Positions 49,012 through 51,108 of a stretch of DNA of 51,108 bases are shown here, piece by piece. Below the pieces are notes generated by a model. The model ran no database searches. It was given only the letters and a program-made list of their open reading frames with translations, and was not told where the DNA came from. The DNA comes from Methylocella sp. (GTDB taxonomy: Bacteria; Pseudomonadota; Alphaproteobacteria; Rhizobiales; Beijerinckiaceae), in the NCBI GenBank assembly GCA_050728695.1, contig JBOHJV010000001.1, forward strand, positions 1 to 51,108, written 5' to 3'. Every line of letters begins with the position of its first letter. Positions within the stretch are counted from its first letter, which is position 1. The position numbers were made by a program, and so were the translations under genes.

Positions 49012-49479
49012 TCACGTTAATCGCCTTGTGACGATGACGCCGGCAAGCATATCGTGTAGACATCTTTTGTTCGCGCTCAAGAGCGAAACGAGAAGGATAG
49101 GCGGGAACATCGTGCTCACATAAAACAGCACCGCCTGTACCGCGGCGTTGAGGAAAGGCACCCTCGCGCCGTCGGTTAGGCGCATTTCGAGGTCCATCGC
49201 CCGCATCCCGGGCGTCGCCATCCGATAGCCCGAAATCGTAAGTCCATTGTAAAAAAACGCCACGGCCGGAAATAGCGGCGGCACGAAGAAGAGCGAAAGC
49301 CCGAGGGTCAAAACGGCGAGCGCGAGCCACAGCGAAAAGGAAAGAATGGCGACAAAAATCAGATCGAAAAAGAGCGCCACGATCCGCCGCCTGCGAACGC
49401 CGGCGAGCGCCTCCGCCGGAAGATTAGCCGGGACGGCTAGCGGAAAATCCGGCCTGTCAAAACCGCTCCCGTCGCTCAT
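49012..49479 (-). CDS. RDD family membrane protein
   Basis: RRIVALFFD, ATPGMRAM and KRCLHDMLAG. Usual neighbour of ate. Confidence 0.88.
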   Translation of the reverse strand: MSDGSGFDRPDFPLAVPANLPAEALAGVRRRRIVALFFDLIFVAILSFSLWLALAVLTLGLSLFFVPPLFPAVAFFYNGLTISGYRMATPGMRAMDLEMRLTDGARVPFLNAAVQAVLFYVSTMFPPILLVSLLSANKRCLHDMLAGVIVTRRLT

Positions 49480-50194
49480 CTTCGCACCCCTCGCGCATGA
49501 TCGCCAAACTGGCCGCAAAATCGCTTGGCCTTGCGCCCCGGTCATCCGGCGACAAAGAACCGCGGCGGAAACCGCGGAACGCGGCGCGTTCACCGCACCG
49601 GCTTACGCCATGTTACGCTGAAACGCGGGAAAGTGAAGAAGACGCAGTGGTCCGAACGGTAATTTTTCCCGCGCAATTGGCGGCCGTGGGCGGAATTTTG
49701 TGGCAAAGCTTGGCCGTCGCGTAGCCACCATTCTCCGGGGGAAGGGATGCCGAAGGTTCGCGTTTGGGGCACGGTTTTTGCCATTGGCCTCGGCGGAAAT
49801 TTTCGCGCTTTGCGCCGGCGCATCACCGCGAACCTTATCGGCGGCCCTGCGCCAAGCGCTCCACTCCTCGCGCTTTCGCACCGCCAGCAAAGGACGTGGC
49901 GCAATCGGCACCGCGTGTCGCGCCAGCGTGAGGCGCAAAACATGGGTCCGGCAAATCGCGGTGGCGCCGGCCGCGGCGTCCCGCTCGGCTACATCTTGGA
50001 CGCGCCCGACATCGTCCTATAAAAGAACGATGCTAGGCCATGGATTATACTTTACAGTGCTTTATTGGCTTCCCGTGCCGTGGCTGGCCCCAAAGTGATG
50101 AAACGTCACTCACCGCGACGTGAGCTCACCTGGCCATTTCATCCGGCCATTGCGGTTCGCGCCCCGTTCGCGCGAAATTGTTCGGGGTCCGGAC

Positions 50195-50947
50195 ATGGAC
50201 AAAAAACGAATGGCTCTCACGCATAGCAACCGGTTGCTGGGCGCTTTTGAAACCGCCAGCCGCCGGCGGATCGAACCCCATCTTGAGCGGGTCGAATGCA
50301 AGCTTGGCGACGTCGTGTGCGAGGCGGGCGGCGTCCTCAATCATGCCTATTTCCCCGATGGCGCCGTCCTCTCGTTGTTGACGGTTCTGAAGGACGGGTC
50401 GGCGATCGAGACCGCGAACATCGGGCGGGAAGGTGCTTTCGGTCTCTTCGCGGCCATGTATAGCCGCGTCTCATTTAATCGAAGTCTTGTCCAACTGGAA
50501 GGCGGTCTGCTTCGCATCCCGATCAAGATTTTGCATCTGGAATTCGAGCAGAGCCCGCATATTCGCAATCTCTTCGTCAGCTATTCCGAGACGCTGCTCG
50601 CTCAGATTCAGCAAACGGTGGCGTGCAATTCCATGCACACAACGCAAGAGAGGATGTGCCGTTGGCTCCTCATGATGCATGATCGGGTGGAATCCGAAGA
50701 CTTGGTTTACACGCACGAGTTTTTGGCCGCGATGATGGGCGTCAATCGCAAGTCGGTGACGCTTGCGGCGCAGGCGCTGCAGGCGGCCGGCCTCATAAAC
50801 TATCGTCGCGGGAAAATGCAAGTTCTCGATCGACCTGGCCTCGAAGAGGCGTCATGCGAGTGCTACCGCGTCATCAAGGAGCGCTTCGCCGTTTTCCTGA
50901 GCCCCCCCTTCGAGGCGGTTCAGGAACAAACGCGGGGGCGAAAATAG
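50195..50947 (+). CDS. Crp/Fnr family transcriptional regulator
   Basis: NRLL, YFP..VLSLL, IGREG, Q.VACN..H...RMCRWLL and the HTH THEFLAAMMGVNRKSVT..LQ..GLI.YRRG. Confidence 0.92.
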   Translation: MDKKRMALTHSNRLLGAFETASRRRIEPHLERVECKLGDVVCEAGGVLNHAYFPDGAVLSLLTVLKDGSAIETANIGREGAFGLFAAMYSRVSFNRSLVQLEGGLLRIPIKILHLEFEQSPHIRNLFVSYSETLLAQIQQTVACNSMHTTQERMCRWLLMMHDRVESEDLVYTHEFLAAMMGVNRKSVTLAAQALQAAGLINYRRGKMQVLDRPGLEEASCECYRVIKERFAVFLSPPFEAVQEQTRGRK

Positions 50948-50983
50948 CATAGGCCACGGCGCGCTTAGCCTGTCTGTCCGCGC

Positions 50984-51108
50984 TGTCTGGGCTCAGATGG
51001 ATATGAGACGGGAGCTTGAGAAAAAGGAAGGGGTCTCCGAAGCTGAGAGTTGCGAATCAACAACCTCAGGAGACCCCGTGCAGGTTTTCGGCCTGCCCTT
51101 TCAGATTA
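50984..51108 (+). mobile_element. Probable left end of an IS481-like insertion sequence with the start of its transposase (truncated by window edge)
   Basis: Starts with TGT (tgtctgggctcagatggatatgagac). Hairpin ggggtctcc..ggagacccc covers an AGGAG RBS, and GTG at 51078 reads MQVFGLPFQI. Family assignment is from recall of similar alphaproteobacterial elements and is unverified. Confidence 0.5.

Noticed and set aside
50094..50110. CRP-like box AGTGA-N7-TCACT upstream of the Crp/Fnr gene
   Set aside because: The spacer is 7 bp rather than the canonical 6; too weak to call.
1..51108. Numerous long antisense or overlapping ORFs (e.g. 2258-3142, 29561-30463, 43583-44689, 47515-48672)
   Set aside because: Typical shadow ORFs of high-GC coding DNA, lacking motifs and overlapping well-supported genes.

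Overview
A GC-rich chromosomal window from an alphaproteobacterium of the Hyphomicrobiales/Rhizobiales. Gene content suggests Beijerinckiaceae (Methylocapsa/Methylocella-like), but that is inference. Most of the window is housekeeping: hisN, hemW, mmcB, yceD, cbp3, bamE, xseB, nrdJ, cspA, pmtA, mnmA, sciP, yciB, ftsY, recF, parC, ate/bpt and a Crp/Fnr regulator. The most interesting part is the nitrate-assimilation locus at about 1.1-9.9 kb. (i) The Rieske protein NirD/NasG is fused in frame to the Mo-bisPGD nitrate reductase. (ii) A 24-codon scar of a deleted FAD flavoprotein gene lies between narK and nirB. (iii) A roughly 155-bp module (sigma54 promoter, ANTAR/NasT dual hairpin, terminator, RBS) occurs twice, once before narK and once before an uncharacterised secreted beta-barrel-like protein, a candidate nitrate-inducible outer-membrane channel. 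Accessory patches include an AT-richer TerB-like/coiled-coil/membrane-hairpin orphan, a flavin reductase bracketed by composite palindromic repeats, an ATP-grasp gene next to a truncated and frameshifted disulfide oxidoreductase, two candidate sRNA loci, and the probable left end of an IS481-like element at the window end. No rRNA, tRNA or CRISPR array was seen. All calls come from reading motifs by eye; no database searches were run.
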